A stretch of 64,000 nt of DNA from Chitinivibrio alkaliphilus ACht1 (GCF_000474745.1 NZ_ASJR01000004.1:55988-119987); one strand, 5' to 3'; counted from the stretch's first letter, positions 1 to 11,131 are shown. Notes: generated from the sequence alone by a model not told the origin. Translations and numbers: made by a program.

Positions 1-9
1 AGCCTTATT

Positions 10-1386
10 TTGTGGCGAAATATGTTTGTTCGAGGTGTTGAGAATATTCTCTTGGCAACAGGCACACTCCTTTTGCTTGCCACATCTTTCTATGACATGT
101 ATTTTATCCTTGTTGAGAAGGAGCCCTTTTTCTGGTCTACTGCCTATGGGTACATGGGGTTATCTGTTGCATGTGTATGTGTTTTAATGATTCATCACAA
201 GCGTGACATCGCTTCTATTGAGTTACAGAAGCTTGAAATTGATCAGACCAGTAGAAAATTACTGCATTCAAATCAGATGTTAGTAGAGTCTACGCGAAAG
301 ATAGAGGAATATGCTCATCTGAAAAATCGGTTCATTAAAAGTATTACCCATGAAATAGTTACTCCAATTAATGGAATCGCCGATTCAACTGATTATTTGC
401 GGAGTCTTGATTTTGAAAGGGATACAGCTGAGCCTTATATTGATAACCTACTCATCTCCTACTATAATTTAACGATCCTTTTTAATAATTTAGTTGATTA
501 TACCAGTCTTGATGAGTCAGATATCACCTTAGAATGTCATAAGTATAATTTTGAAAAATCTATACAGCGTCTGGTTGAGTATACTCGTAAGAATGCTCAG
601 TCAAAGGGGTTGACCTTTTCCTTTGAATATACCTCAGGTGGCTTGCCCTCCTTGGTGTATGGTGATGAAAAGCGAATCGCTCAGGTAATTCTTAATTTAT
701 TAAATAACGCGATAAAGTTTACCGAATTTGGTTCTGTTACCCTTAAGATATCCTGCGAAGAACATACTCTGTTTTGCTCAGTAAGTGATACTGGTGTCGG
801 GATAGATCCGACTCTGAAGGAAAATATTTTTAAGGCCTTCACCAGTGAACGGTCCTACTCGACGGGAAAAGAGATGTATGCAAATATTGGCTTAGGTTTA
901 GCCATTACCCACAGAATTGTCACATCCATGGGGGGAAATATTTCCTTTAGGAGTAGAAAAAATCGTGGTTCTACGTTCTCTATTGAGGTTCCGCTTCAGC
1001 GTATCTCAGATTCCCCCAGTACGGACTCTTCTATAGAGCAGAAAAGAATTTTGGTGGCTGAAGATAATCCCATTAATCAGAAACTTATTACGATTCTCTT
1101 AAAGACCTATAATTTGGTAGCTGTTGTAGTCGGAAATGGCTTTGAAGCTGTTGAGCGGGTGAAGCAAGAGTCCTTTGATTTGGTTATTATGGACATTCAA
1201 ATGCCTGTAATGGACGGACTTGAAGCGACGCGTGAGATAAAGAAATTATGTCCCTCTCTGCCCGTTATTGCATGGACTGCAAACAGTACCAGTGTTGAAT
1301 GTTCAGCCGCAGGTGTCGATGGCTTTTTATCAAAACCAACCTCAAGAGAATCGTTATATCACGAAGTTCTGGATAGAATTACATAA
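10..1386 (+). CDS. Hybrid sensor histidine kinase (2 TM, HisKA, HATPase_c, C-terminal REC). The frame is open to the window edge, so the gene may start slightly upstream.
   Basis: H-box 'ITHEIVTPINGI'; N/G boxes 'LLNNAIKFT', 'DTGVGI', 'GLGLAI'; receiver 'ILVAEDNPINQ...DLVIMDIQMPVMDG'. Confidence 0.8.
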   Translation: MWRNMFVRGVENILLATGTLLLLATSFYDMYFILVEKEPFFWSTAYGYMGLSVACVCVLMIHHKRDIASIELQKLEIDQTSRKLLHSNQMLVESTRKIEEYAHLKNRFIKSITHEIVTPINGIADSTDYLRSLDFERDTAEPYIDNLLISYYNLTILFNNLVDYTSLDESDITLECHKYNFEKSIQRLVEYTRKNAQSKGLTFSFEYTSGGLPSLVYGDEKRIAQVILNLLNNAIKFTEFGSVTLKISCEEHTLFCSVSDTGVGIDPTLKENIFKAFTSERSYSTGKEMYANIGLGLAITHRIVTSMGGNISFRSRKNRGSTFSIEVPLQRISDSPSTDSSIEQKRILVAEDNPINQKLITILLKTYNLVAVVVGNGFEAVERVKQESFDLVIMDIQMPVMDGLEATREIKKLCPSLPVIAWTANSTSVECSAAGVDGFLSKPTSRESLYHEVLDRIT

Positions 1387-1475
1387 TTTTATTGAGTTTC
1401 GTGAACGGACATACTTGCGGGGGCAAAAATAACGTATTTTCTGGCGGTGCAATTCTTACTATGAAGGGATAGTAC

Positions 1476-2618
1476 ATGTCAAAACCGAGCGGAAGGAGTT
1501 CCCGTGAATACACATCACGGCTCTACTCTGAAATGGCTGGTATTGAAAAATATGTGACGCGAGTGTTTTCAAAAGTTGCCTTTCCAAAAGAAGATATCGA
1601 CCGCCTCTTTTCTGTTGATAATGAAAGAGTTACTATTGTCTGTACTCATCGTAGCCATGCCGACTATCTTGTAACGGGCTTGGAGTTTATTCGAGAGGGG
1701 GTTCAGAATCTTCGTTTTGCTGCGGGAGATAATCTCACAGGACTTCCTTTTATTGGTATTCTCTTTCGTAAGGTCGGCTCTTTTACAGTACAGAGAGGTC
1801 GTGTACATAATCGACAGTATCTTTTTCGTTTGGCAGAGTTTGTAAAACGTCTGTTACAGCGGGGACAGAATGTACTTGTGTACCCAGAGGGGGGGCGAAG
1901 TTATTCTGGACGTATGCTGGAGATAAAAAGTGGTCTTATTGGTTCCACGATTATGGCGCAAAAGGAAAATCCCGAACGAGACTACTATATTTTGCCCATG
2001 GCTTGTTCCTATTCAGCAGTTCCTGAAGCGCAGTACTTTCATATTCTTCTTCGGGGTAAGGAGTGGCGAACCAAGAAGGGCTTTTTTATGAAAAGCCTTG
2101 GTTCACTTTTGTATTATGGTGCTGATGTGTGGACCTTTTTACAATTATGGTTATTTCCGCCAAAGAAAAATGAGATATACATAGATGTGGGTACTCCCGT
2201 TCGTGTAAAAGATATTACCGATGTTGAAGGGTTATATCGCAAGAATGCAAAGAATGAATTCTTTGCGAATGGGCGAGCAACCAAGGAGTGCTCGGTTTTT
2301 ATTAGGAAGCGTCTCTTACAGCTTTATCGAGTCCTTCCCCATAATATTGTTGCATACCTTATGGATACAAAGCTATATTACCAGGGAGAGTCAGCATCAA
2401 TAGAAAAGATTGAAGAGATTATTTCCTTCTTATCAACAAATGAGTGTAATACAAAGGGGCTTGATCATTTGTCTCCACAAGAGATTCTTTTGCAGGGGGG
2501 AGAGACGTTACGCTCTATGAAGGTTTGTCGAGAGAGAGGCAAGAAGGGTGTTGTGGTAAGAAAAAAAGACTTACTGCGGTATTATGCTAATACAGTATAT
2601 GATGTAATGGGAGAGTAG
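1476..2618 (+). CDS. GPAT/LPLAT-family acyltransferase (glycerol-3-phosphate/lysophospholipid acyltransferase-like)
   Basis: HX4D motif 'HRSHADY'; second acyltransferase motif 'VYPEGGRS'. Confidence 0.55.
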   Translation: MSKPSGRSSREYTSRLYSEMAGIEKYVTRVFSKVAFPKEDIDRLFSVDNERVTIVCTHRSHADYLVTGLEFIREGVQNLRFAAGDNLTGLPFIGILFRKVGSFTVQRGRVHNRQYLFRLAEFVKRLLQRGQNVLVYPEGGRSYSGRMLEIKSGLIGSTIMAQKENPERDYYILPMACSYSAVPEAQYFHILLRGKEWRTKKGFFMKSLGSLLYYGADVWTFLQLWLFPPKKNEIYIDVGTPVRVKDITDVEGLYRKNAKNEFFANGRATKECSVFIRKRLLQLYRVLPHNIVAYLMDTKLYYQGESASIEKIEEIISFLSTNECNTKGLDHLSPQEILLQGGETLRSMKVCRERGKKGVVVRKKDLLRYYANTVYDVMGE

Positions 2619-2619
2619 C

Positions 2620-4005
2620 ATGGGGTTTAGCGAGTTTATCAGTTGTGACGATATTATTGAGTTGGAGTCGGAAGATAAGGTTTCCGCCATAACCGAACTT
2701 GCCGAAGCCTTTTGTGAGATCCAAAAATGTGACAAGGCAAAACGTCTTATCAAAGATATCATTGCGCGGGAAGAGGCGGCATCGACCTTCGTTGGACAGG
2801 GTGTTGCCATACCACAGGCTGTAATGAATATGAAAGATGAGTATGCCATTATGGTGGGACGGAGCGCCATAGGCATCGATTATGGTGCGGTGCGTAATGC
2901 TCGGGCTCACATTATTGCCTTGGTTATTTCTAAGAAAAACATTGACGATGATGATACCTTTGAAGTTCTTTCGGAAATTTCAACATTCTTCCGTAATGAG
3001 ACGGTAAATAAGCTTATTCGGAGTGCAGAAGTTGAACGCCTTTCTGAGGTGATTTCAGAAGTTCGCAAAGAGGGTGATGATGACAAGGTACTGCCCGGTA
3101 AGAAAAAGACGACTACCAAGGGTAAGAAAGAACCGTTACTTTCTGCGGCAACAGCTCTTGCACGAGATGTGAATGCAAAGGCGGTAATGGTTTATGCCGA
3201 TGCAAAAAAAGATAATGAATTTATAAAAAATTTACGTACCCGTCGTCAAGTTATCGTTGTTACTTCAAATAAAACGCGTTTTAAAGATGAAGATTCGAAA
3301 TATTATTTAATTCAAGCCCCGCCTGCCCGTGGAGGATTTGGGTATGGGCAGGCAAAAATTGGGGTTCTTCTTGGGGTGTCAAAGGGCTTTTTGGGAAAAA
3401 ATGATACGGTTGTGTGTGTAACAGGGGACGAACATCAGGGGATTTTTAACTCCGTGGTTGTGATTGATATCGCTCATGAATTTGATTTCTTCTTCAATGC
3501 AACCAGTTCCATTGTTCCTGATGATGTAAAACCGGAAATTTTGGAGCGTGTACTCGGGCTTGCCTCAGAGATCAGTCTCGAAGGGCGTGAAAAACATCCT
3601 GTGGGAACTATTTTTGTTGTCGGTGATACAAACCGCGTAAATACCTACGTGACCCAGCTGATAATTAATCCGTTCCGCGGACTGAGCGAGTCTGAACGGA
3701 ATATCCTTGACCCAGGCCTGCAAGAAACGGTAAAGGAGTTTGCCGCTATTGACGGGGCTTTTGTTATTACCGGGGACGGAGTTGTTGTTTCTGCGGGAAG
3801 CCATTTGCGCCCCGAGCTTTCATCGGAGCAGAAAGAGAATCGTCGTGATCTTCCCAGTGGACTCGGTGCACGCCATGCTGCAGGTGCAGACATTACAGCT
3901 TGTTCTAATTCAATAGCTATTACCATTTCCGAATCAACCGGTCAAATTACGGTGTTTAAAAATGGGGATATTGTACTTACCCTTCAGCGTCCTTTGATAC
4001 CATAA
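2620..4005 (+). CDS. Diadenylate cyclase (DAC/DisA_N domain) with an N-terminal degenerate PTS EIIA(Ntr)-like domain and a central pyruvate-kinase-C-like alpha/beta domain
   Basis: C-terminal DAC motifs 'IDGAFVITGDGVVVSAG' and 'GARHAAGADI...SESTGQITV'. N-terminal EIIA-2-like 'REEAASTFVGQGVAIPQA', with Gln where the phospho-His sits. Middle 'AKAVMVYADAK...VVCVTGDEHQG' resembles PK_C. Confidence 0.65.
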   Translation: MGFSEFISCDDIIELESEDKVSAITELAEAFCEIQKCDKAKRLIKDIIAREEAASTFVGQGVAIPQAVMNMKDEYAIMVGRSAIGIDYGAVRNARAHIIALVISKKNIDDDDTFEVLSEISTFFRNETVNKLIRSAEVERLSEVISEVRKEGDDDKVLPGKKKTTTKGKKEPLLSAATALARDVNAKAVMVYADAKKDNEFIKNLRTRRQVIVVTSNKTRFKDEDSKYYLIQAPPARGGFGYGQAKIGVLLGVSKGFLGKNDTVVCVTGDEHQGIFNSVVVIDIAHEFDFFFNATSSIVPDDVKPEILERVLGLASEISLEGREKHPVGTIFVVGDTNRVNTYVTQLIINPFRGLSESERNILDPGLQETVKEFAAIDGAFVITGDGVVVSAGSHLRPELSSEQKENRRDLPSGLGARHAAGADITACSNSIAITISESTGQITVFKNGDIVLTLQRPLIP

Positions 4006-4006
4006 T

Positions 4007-4300
4007 ATGAAGTCCCTACTCAAATATATACGTATTCGGGATATTCTCTTATTATTGTTCCTTTTATGGGGGGGGAATTTTATATTCGGTACTCGTGGTG
4101 TTATTGCCCTCCAGCGTATTGAGAGGGCGAATGAACGGCGACAACAAGAGATACACCGGTATACTCAGAAATTAGACTCTCTTACAACTTATGCAGAGCT
4201 CTTAGAAAAGGATACAACCTATATTCGACGAATGGTGAAACAAAACATGGGGTATATCGATTCCGGAGAACGAATAATCCGCTTTGTTGACGAGGAATAG
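4007..4300 (+). CDS. FtsB/DivIC-like septum formation initiator (single TM plus coiled coil)
   Basis: N-terminal TM 'ILLLLFLLWGGNFIF', then a coiled coil 'LQRIERANERRQQEIHRYTQKLDSL'. About 97 aa, typical of the family. Confidence 0.4.
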   Translation: MKSLLKYIRIRDILLLLFLLWGGNFIFGTRGVIALQRIERANERRQQEIHRYTQKLDSLTTYAELLEKDTTYIRRMVKQNMGYIDSGERIIRFVDEE

Positions 4301-6099
4301 TGGATTCATCCCGCTTTCATGAAGTAAAAGAGCAGATTCGCGGCTCCATTGATATTGTATCATTTATTGAACGATACATTCCCTTACGGCGAGCTGGAGA
4401 AAACTACAAGGGCTTATGCCCATTTCACAATGAAAAATCCCCCTCCTTTGTGGTAAGTCCGCATAAGGAGATTTATCACTGTTTTGGCTGTGGAGCTGGG
4501 GGCGATCTTTTTGCCTTTATTATGGATATTGAAGGGTGCTCTTTTCGGGAAGCCTTAGAGATTGCTGCCAATGAAGCCGGGATCGATTTACAAAAACATG
4601 AAATTCCGGGACGGAGAAGGGGGGATTCCCCCAATTATGCCAGTACCGTACCTAAAGACTTTTTGTATCGGGCAAATTCCTATGGGGCGCATTATTTTTA
4701 TGCCAACATACGAAAGAGTGAACGGGCTATTTCCTTTTTCAAACACCGAGGTCTTTCAGCAGAAATTGTACGTGAGTTTAAGCTTGGATATGCACCAGAT
4801 CACTGGTCTGACTTTTCACAGGTAGCACAGGAAGACGGGTATTCTCGGAAAGTTCTTATTGCAGCTGGTCTTTCTTTGTCCCCCGCTCGGGGCAGCAGTA
4901 TTTATGATCGCTTTCGTCATCGTATTATGTTTCCTATTTTTGATGTATCAGGGAGGGTGATTGCCTTTGGAGGAAGGGCTTTGGAAGACGATCAGCAACC
5001 CAAATATGTAAATTCTCCGGAAACAGAAATATATCGGAAGAACAAGACGCTCTATGGCCTTAATTTTGCGCGTCCATTCATCCGCGATTCCCAAGAGATA
5101 CTGATCGTTGAAGGATATATGGATATGATATCTCTCTATGCGCGGGGCGTGTGTAATGTTGTTGCCACATGCGGCACTGCCCTTACAGTAGAGCAGGGCC
5201 GAATCTTGCGCCGCTTTGCTCCGCGGGTGTATCTCATCTTTGATGGTGATTCTGCGGGGATTGCTGCAGCCAAGCGAGCCATAGAAACTTTGATATCCCT
5301 GGAGTTGGATCTACGTATCGCCGTTCTTCCGCAGGGAGAAGACCCTGATACGCTTATCCAAGAAAAAGGGAAAGAGGGGTTTTTATACTTTGTACATAAA
5401 TCGCAAGAGGCTTTAGGGTTTTACATGGAATTTCTTAAAAAATCTCTTGATACGACGACTCCCCAAGGTCGATCTCAAGCGGTAGAACACTGTATTAGCC
5501 TCATAAGCCGAGTGGATAACCAAATTTTGGCATCGGAGTATGCACGCGAGGTCGCATTTATGTTTTCGGTTGATGAATCTCTTGTGATATCACGACTTAC
5601 CGGAAAAAAGCAAAGTGGAAATATACGAAGAGTGTCCTCTGAAGATGTTTTTCAACACAATGAGGGTGAGGGTTTTGAGACAACCGAAGAGGGGTCTTTG
5701 CTCCATTTTCTCGTTCAATATCCAGAATACGTCGAGCGCTATGCCTACCGTATTCAAGAAAATTTATTTATTGACCCTACCCATAAAGAGGTGTTTTCAT
5801 GTATCTTGAAACATGGAAAAGAGTTAAATAAGAATGTGGGTGCTGTTGAGAAGGAGTCTTTGCGGAAACTTCTTTCATATTTATTTATGAAAGAAATAGC
5901 AGTACAGCAAGATCATGATGAGTGGATAGAGTATAAACTTTCACGCTTGGAGAACTCCTTGGTGGCACGAAGAAAGAATCGTTTGGTAGAAGAGATTGCA
6001 CGAGCTCGTGATGCAGATACAAAACAGGCGTTACTAGCAGAATTAAATTCACTGACCGTACGGAAAAGCAGCGAGGAAGATATTCGTGGTGAGCAATAA
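4300..6099 (+). CDS. dnaG: DNA primase
   Basis: CHC2 zinc finger '[11 protein letters not shown]...CFGCGAGGD'; Toprim '[13 protein letters not shown]'; overlaps the downstream rpoD start. Confidence 0.9.
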   Translation: MDSSRFHEVKEQIRGSIDIVSFIERYIPLRRAGENYKGLCPFHNEKSPSFVVSPHKEIYHCFGCGAGGDLFAFIMDIEGCSFREALEIAANEAGIDLQKHEIPGRRRGDSPNYASTVPKDFLYRANSYGAHYFYANIRKSERAISFFKHRGLSAEIVREFKLGYAPDHWSDFSQVAQEDGYSRKVLIAAGLSLSPARGSSIYDRFRHRIMFPIFDVSGRVIAFGGRALEDDQQPKYVNSPETEIYRKNKTLYGLNFARPFIRDSQEILIVEGYMDMISLYARGVCNVVATCGTALTVEQGRILRRFAPRVYLIFDGDSAGIAAAKRAIETLISLELDLRIAVLPQGEDPDTLIQEKGKEGFLYFVHKSQEALGFYMEFLKKSLDTTTPQGRSQAVEHCISLISRVDNQILASEYAREVAFMFSVDESLVISRLTGKKQSGNIRRVSSEDVFQHNEGEGFETTEEGSLLHFLVQYPEYVERYAYRIQENLFIDPTHKEVFSCILKHGKELNKNVGAVEKESLRKLLSYLFMKEIAVQQDHDEWIEYKLSRLENSLVARRKNRLVEEIARARDADTKQALLAELNSLTVRKSSEEDIRGEQ

Positions 6100-7624
6100 T
6101 ACCAGTGGGAATGAAAAGATTATCAAACATTTTCGTAAACAGGCTCGGGTACAGGGGTTTGTCAGTGAAATAGAGATTAATGAGAATATTAGTTCTGAGG
6201 AAGAACGAACTCGCATTAAAGATCTTCTTACTGCTGAGGGCATAGAGATTAATCCCTTTGTTAAACGCCATAAATTGCGGAGCCCCAAAGATAAGCCGTA
6301 TAGCGGGGGTGGTCGTGGGAGTGCATCAAATGCTGCAATTATGTCCTATTTAAACCAAGTGGGGAATATTCCTCTCATGGATAAGGGACAAGAAATACAC
6401 TATGCTCGGCAAATGGTCTTTGCAAAGAATAAGCTTCTCGAAAGTGCCTTTGGGTCCTTGGTTATTCAAGAATTTCTTTTTCGTCTATACAATGAAATGC
6501 GTGACGGTGTCCTTTCATGGTATGATATTTTTGACCTTGATAGGGTTGCTCCCGATGGAAATGATGCGACGGAAGAAGAAATAGAGCACGCTCGGGAAAA
6601 TTTCTTTGCCCGCATAGAACAAATTGATGAGCTATCTGAACAAATCACCGCCCTACGTCGTGACGCAGAGGAGGTTACAACGCCCGAAGAGCGGCACGAG
6701 TGTGCAGAGAAAACTCGGGGGCTTCTTGATTCTCTTGTTGAACATTGCTTCTTTCTCCACTTAAATTATAAGCAGAAAGAAAGTATTATTGAAAAATACC
6801 GTCAATGGTTATGTAAGAACAGTTTCTCTACAGAGCTTCGCAATTTTGAGTCGTGGCAGAAGGTATACTTTGATGCCAAATACTCCATTGTTGAGGCGAA
6901 TGTGCGGTTGGTTATCAGTATTGCAAAGAAATATTCCTATAGCGGTATGGAAATGCTTGATATCATCCAAGAGGGGAATGAAGGGCTGATAAAAGCGGTT
7001 GAGAATTTTGATTATCGGAAAGGGTATAAGTTTTCTACCTATGCAACGTGGTGGATACGGCAGTCTATTACGCGTGCTATTAATGATAAGGGGAAAGCCA
7101 TTCGCATACCTGCAAACACCCTTGAACAGATAAATCGTGTGAATCGTTATATCCAAAATTGCGTCATGCGCACCGGCTCTGAGCCGGCTATTGAAGAAAT
7201 TTCCCAGGAGTTGAAGATTCCTGAGAGAAAAATCCGTATGATTCTACAGTACAATGGAGACCCCATATCCCTCGACTGGCAAATTTCTGAAAATGGAAAT
7301 TCCACCATCGGAGATTTTATACCTGATGAACGAATGGGTGATCCCAGTACTTCAGCAACGATAAAATGTTTTAAAGAAAATATCCATGCCTTGCTTGAAG
7401 AGCTTGACCCTTATGAGCGAGAGATTCTATTCCGTCGCTTTGGCCTTGATGGGGCAAAACGTAAGACCCTTAATGAGATTGGTGAAATGTTTAACATTTC
7501 CCGTGAGCGGGTTCGTCAGATTGAAACTGGTGCTCTGGAAAAGCTTCGTCACCCCAGCAGAAACAGTGTGCTTCGTGACTGGGAGCATAGCCGTGATGAG
7601 TTTGAGTCACTCCCGGATTATTAA
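6086..7624 (+). CDS. rpoD: RNA polymerase primary sigma factor (sigma-70)
   Basis: Region 2 '[14 protein letters not shown]'; region 4 HTH '[20 protein letters not shown]'; classic dnaG-rpoD gene order. Confidence 0.9.
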   Translation: MVSNNTSGNEKIIKHFRKQARVQGFVSEIEINENISSEEERTRIKDLLTAEGIEINPFVKRHKLRSPKDKPYSGGGRGSASNAAIMSYLNQVGNIPLMDKGQEIHYARQMVFAKNKLLESAFGSLVIQEFLFRLYNEMRDGVLSWYDIFDLDRVAPDGNDATEEEIEHARENFFARIEQIDELSEQITALRRDAEEVTTPEERHECAEKTRGLLDSLVEHCFFLHLNYKQKESIIEKYRQWLCKNSFSTELRNFESWQKVYFDAKYSIVEANVRLVISIAKKYSYSGMEMLDIIQEGNEGLIKAVENFDYRKGYKFSTYATWWIRQSITRAINDKGKAIRIPANTLEQINRVNRYIQNCVMRTGSEPAIEEISQELKIPERKIRMILQYNGDPISLDWQISENGNSTIGDFIPDERMGDPSTSATIKCFKENIHALLEELDPYEREILFRRFGLDGAKRKTLNEIGEMFNISRERVRQIETGALEKLRHPSRNSVLRDWEHSRDEFESLPDY

Positions 7625-7731
7625 GAGAATTTATCCTCCTCAGATATGTAAATCCCTGATTTTATGCACCATTTACGGTCGGTGATATACTATATTTACT
7701 CTTTTGTAAAAAGGGGCCCACTGTTTTAATT

Positions 7732-8856
7732 ATGAAGATACCGGGGTGCATCATAGATACGGATATTAAGCGTGTTGTCGTGAAGATTGGCAGTAAGATT
7801 CTTACACCAACCTCACAGGGAGAGCACATTGGGCGTATATCAGCTCATATAGCAGATATACTCTCTCTTATGGAACAAGGTGTTTCTGTGGTTCTGGTTT
7901 CATCGGGAGCTGTGTCCCATGGACGTGTAAAGCTACAGCTTTCCCAACGGCCTCGGACAATTCCCCTAAAACAAGCCTGTGCCGGTGTCGGGCAGATAGA
8001 ACTGCTAACTCTATACTCTCGACTGCTCGAGAAAAAGGGTGTGCAGTGTGGCCAGATTTTACTTACGTGGGATGATATTGCAGATAAAAAACGCTATAAC
8101 AACTTACGTAACGCCTTGTTCACCATGCTTGATAACGGTATTCTTCCTATTATAAATGAAAATGATAGTGTTGGTGTTGAAGAGATTACCTTTGGGGATA
8201 ATGATACCTTGGCAGCGCAGATTGCAACAATACTGAATGCTGATCTCTTTGTAATGCTTACAGATATCAATGGCGTGTATACGGCAAATCCGCAGAAAGA
8301 TCCTGAGGCTCAACAACTTCAGCAAATAGAAAAAATAGATAACTCCCTACGTGCCATGGCCGATGCAGACGGAAGTGATGTAGGAACGGGGGGGATGGTG
8401 ACCAAAATAAATGCTGCAGATATGGTGACTCGAGCCGGTATTGCCGCGGTTATTGGGAATGGATACGATTACTCTTTGCTCTCTCTTTTGCGTATGTCCG
8501 GGGTCAGTACGTTTTTTGTGCCGACGCAGAAACGAATGAGTGGCAAAAAAAGATTTCTTGCCTTCACTGATACCCCTACGGGAACTGTTTACGTAGATCG
8601 CGGGGCGTATACCGCCATTGCGACCAAGGGGAAAAGTCTTCTTCCAGCGGGAGTACTCTCTGTTTCAGATGGCATTCAACCGGGAGATACTGTTGATATC
8701 TGTTGTGAGGGGCGTTCTTTTGCCCGGGGGATATCAAACTATGCGACGGAAGATATACGAAAAATCAATGGAAAGAAAACAGAGGATTTAGCTCGTATTT
8801 CCGGTGAAGGAACGTATAATGAAGTAGTACATCGAAATAATCTCGTTGTATTATAA
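7732..8856 (+). CDS. proB: Glutamate 5-kinase with a C-terminal PUA domain
   Basis: AA-kinase fold 'VVKIGSKILT...VSSGAV'; 374 aa with a PUA-like tail 'GDTVDICCEGRSFARGISNY'. Confidence 0.85.
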   Translation: MKIPGCIIDTDIKRVVVKIGSKILTPTSQGEHIGRISAHIADILSLMEQGVSVVLVSSGAVSHGRVKLQLSQRPRTIPLKQACAGVGQIELLTLYSRLLEKKGVQCGQILLTWDDIADKKRYNNLRNALFTMLDNGILPIINENDSVGVEEITFGDNDTLAAQIATILNADLFVMLTDINGVYTANPQKDPEAQQLQQIEKIDNSLRAMADADGSDVGTGGMVTKINAADMVTRAGIAAVIGNGYDYSLLSLLRMSGVSTFFVPTQKRMSGKKRFLAFTDTPTGTVYVDRGAYTAIATKGKSLLPAGVLSVSDGIQPGDTVDICCEGRSFARGISNYATEDIRKINGKKTEDLARISGEGTYNEVVHRNNLVVL

Positions 8857-8894
8857 TCATTGTCCTATAATTTTTTCGTAAAGAGGTACGTAGG

Positions 8895-11051
8895 ATGCGC
8901 TTAGTTTTGGCGATAGTTCTCGGGATTCCTGTTATCCTTTCAGCAACCACCTATGGGGGGAATGGCGCTGAGGTGCATACGCATGACCTAATGACTCTTC
9001 TTATGATACAGCTCGGGATTATTATCTTTGCTTCGCGAGTTGGGGGAGCTCTCTTTACACGTTTTCGTTTGCCCTCGGTACTGGGAGAAATATTTGCAGG
9101 TGTATGTATTGGTCCCCACATGCTTGGGGGGGTACCTCTTCTTGGGTTTCATAATGGCCTGTTTCCTCTCAGCTCATCTAACGGGATTCCTGTTTCGCCT
9201 GAGCTGTATGGTCTTGCTACGGTTGCATCAATTATACTTCTCTTTATGGCGGGGCTGGGTACAGACCTGAAGATGTTCTTGCGGTTTTCCCTTGCGGGAA
9301 GTGTGATTGGAATCGGAAGTGCTCTTATTGCCTTTTCTGCTGGTGCGGGGATTGCTGCTTTTTTCTTAAATTTGCCTATTACAGCTCCTTTACCGCTTTT
9401 TCTTGGTGTGGTATCCACAGCGACCTCCGTTGATATTACCGTGCGAATACTGTCAGAAAATAAAAAGCTTGATACTCCCGAGGGAGCAACTATTATTGCC
9501 GGTGCAGTGGTTGATGATATTTTCAGTATTGTTTTACTTGCCATGATAACCGGGTATGCCGTGTTGGAGGGGGTTCATGTCTCTTCGCAGTGGTTTCATG
9601 TTGGTATTATCGGGATTCGTGCTGTTTTTGTGTGGATCTTTTTTACTGTGCTGGGGCTTCTTTTCTCTGAAAAGATAGCTTTGTTTTTAAAGAAAAGCAA
9701 AAGTATTGACACTATTGCCATACTGAGTTTTGGTTTGGCCCTTATTCTTGCAGGGGTATTTGAGCGTGCCGGTCTTGCCATGATTATCGGGGCCTATATC
9801 ATGGGTCTAACTCTTTCTAAAACAGATCTCAGTCTTTCAATTCAAGATAAATTGCAAAGTTTAGAACATTTTTTTGACCCCATATTCTTTACGACCATTG
9901 GAATGTTTGTAAATGTGTTTAGTTTTTTGTCTCCCACGATACTTCTTTTTGGTATTGTTTTCTCTCTGGGAGGTATTATTGCAAAGCTTGTGGGATGTAG
10001 TATTCCCTCCTATTTTCTCAATTTTACTCACTTAGGAGCCGCACGTATTAGTTTTGGTATGATTCCCCGGGGAGAAGTGGGCTTGATTTTTGCGGGCTTA
10101 GGGTTATCCACGGGCATTTTAACACAGGATACCTTTGCCGTATCAGTTATGATGGCGGTTTCATCAACGGTTGTGGGGCCTGTTGTTCTTGAACGTCTCT
10201 TGCGTAAAGATAAAAAAGGTACGCGTCATGATATTGTTCTTGTGGAAAAAGTGCAGGTGCGGTTTCATTGTAGTAGTAGTGATTTAGCAGACTTAGTAGA
10301 GCGTAATGTTATTGATGCATATAGCAGTGAAGGGTTTTATGTTACCCGTCTTGAATCTGACCATGGGACGTATCACTTTCAAAAAGAGGATAGCTTAATT
10401 ACCCTGTATCGTGATGGAGTTGAAATGATTTTCGAAACTCCCGTGGATGATGAATCCTATGTTCGCAATATTCTCTATGAGACCATGGCAGATTTAAGTA
10501 GCCTTGTAAATACGGTAAAAAAGCTCGTGCGTCCAGAAGAGATGAAAAAGGAGTTTGCTCAAACTGCACAGCGGGTTAAATTTAATTTGGGCCATGTCTT
10601 TCGCCCTGAATTAATTGAGATGGATCTTCGAAGCGATACAAAGGAAGGGATTTTGCGCGAGCTTGTACACATCCTCACTCTCAATGGCTATATTGTTGAT
10701 GAAGCGGGAGCTTTAAAGGTTGTGTGGGATCGTGAACATGCCGTGAGTACAGGTATGGAAAATGGCGTCGCCCTACCTCATGGTCGGTTTTCTGGAGTAA
10801 ATGAATTGACTTCAGTTATCGGCTTTCATCGGGAGGGGGTTGATTTTAACTCCATGGATGGTAAACCAGCCCATGTTTTTGTTCTAACTCTTGTTCCTTC
10901 AGAAGTACAGGCTCCATATGTTCAATTTTTGGCGGCCATTGCCTCAGCACTAAATGGACCGCAGCGAGTAGCAACACTCTTAGAAAAGAAAACAAAAATT
11001 GAAGTTCTTGACTTTCTTAAAGAGTGCAACGATGATTCAAGAGAAAAATAA
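8895..11051 (+). CDS. Cation/H+ antiporter (CPA family membrane domain) fused to a cytoplasmic linker domain and a C-terminal PTS EIIA type-2 (Ntr-type) domain
   Basis: About 430 aa of polytopic membrane domain. The C-terminal region 'LIEMDLRSDTKEGILRELVHIL...ENGVALPHGRF...HVFVLTLVP' retains the conserved His. Confidence 0.75.
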   Translation: MRLVLAIVLGIPVILSATTYGGNGAEVHTHDLMTLLMIQLGIIIFASRVGGALFTRFRLPSVLGEIFAGVCIGPHMLGGVPLLGFHNGLFPLSSSNGIPVSPELYGLATVASIILLFMAGLGTDLKMFLRFSLAGSVIGIGSALIAFSAGAGIAAFFLNLPITAPLPLFLGVVSTATSVDITVRILSENKKLDTPEGATIIAGAVVDDIFSIVLLAMITGYAVLEGVHVSSQWFHVGIIGIRAVFVWIFFTVLGLLFSEKIALFLKKSKSIDTIAILSFGLALILAGVFERAGLAMIIGAYIMGLTLSKTDLSLSIQDKLQSLEHFFDPIFFTTIGMFVNVFSFLSPTILLFGIVFSLGGIIAKLVGCSIPSYFLNFTHLGAARISFGMIPRGEVGLIFAGLGLSTGILTQDTFAVSVMMAVSSTVVGPVVLERLLRKDKKGTRHDIVLVEKVQVRFHCSSSDLADLVERNVIDAYSSEGFYVTRLESDHGTYHFQKEDSLITLYRDGVEMIFETPVDDESYVRNILYETMADLSSLVNTVKKLVRPEEMKKEFAQTAQRVKFNLGHVFRPELIEMDLRSDTKEGILRELVHILTLNGYIVDEAGALKVVWDREHAVSTGMENGVALPHGRFSGVNELTSVIGFHREGVDFNSMDGKPAHVFVLTLVPSEVQAPYVQFLAAIASALNGPQRVATLLEKKTKIEVLDFLKECNDDSREK

Positions 11052-11131
11052 GAGCCTTATCATTCTCTGTGTGGCATGTTGTATATTCTTGATACGGTCT
11101 TATATGTGTTTTTTTAAAGGAGTGTCTTAGT

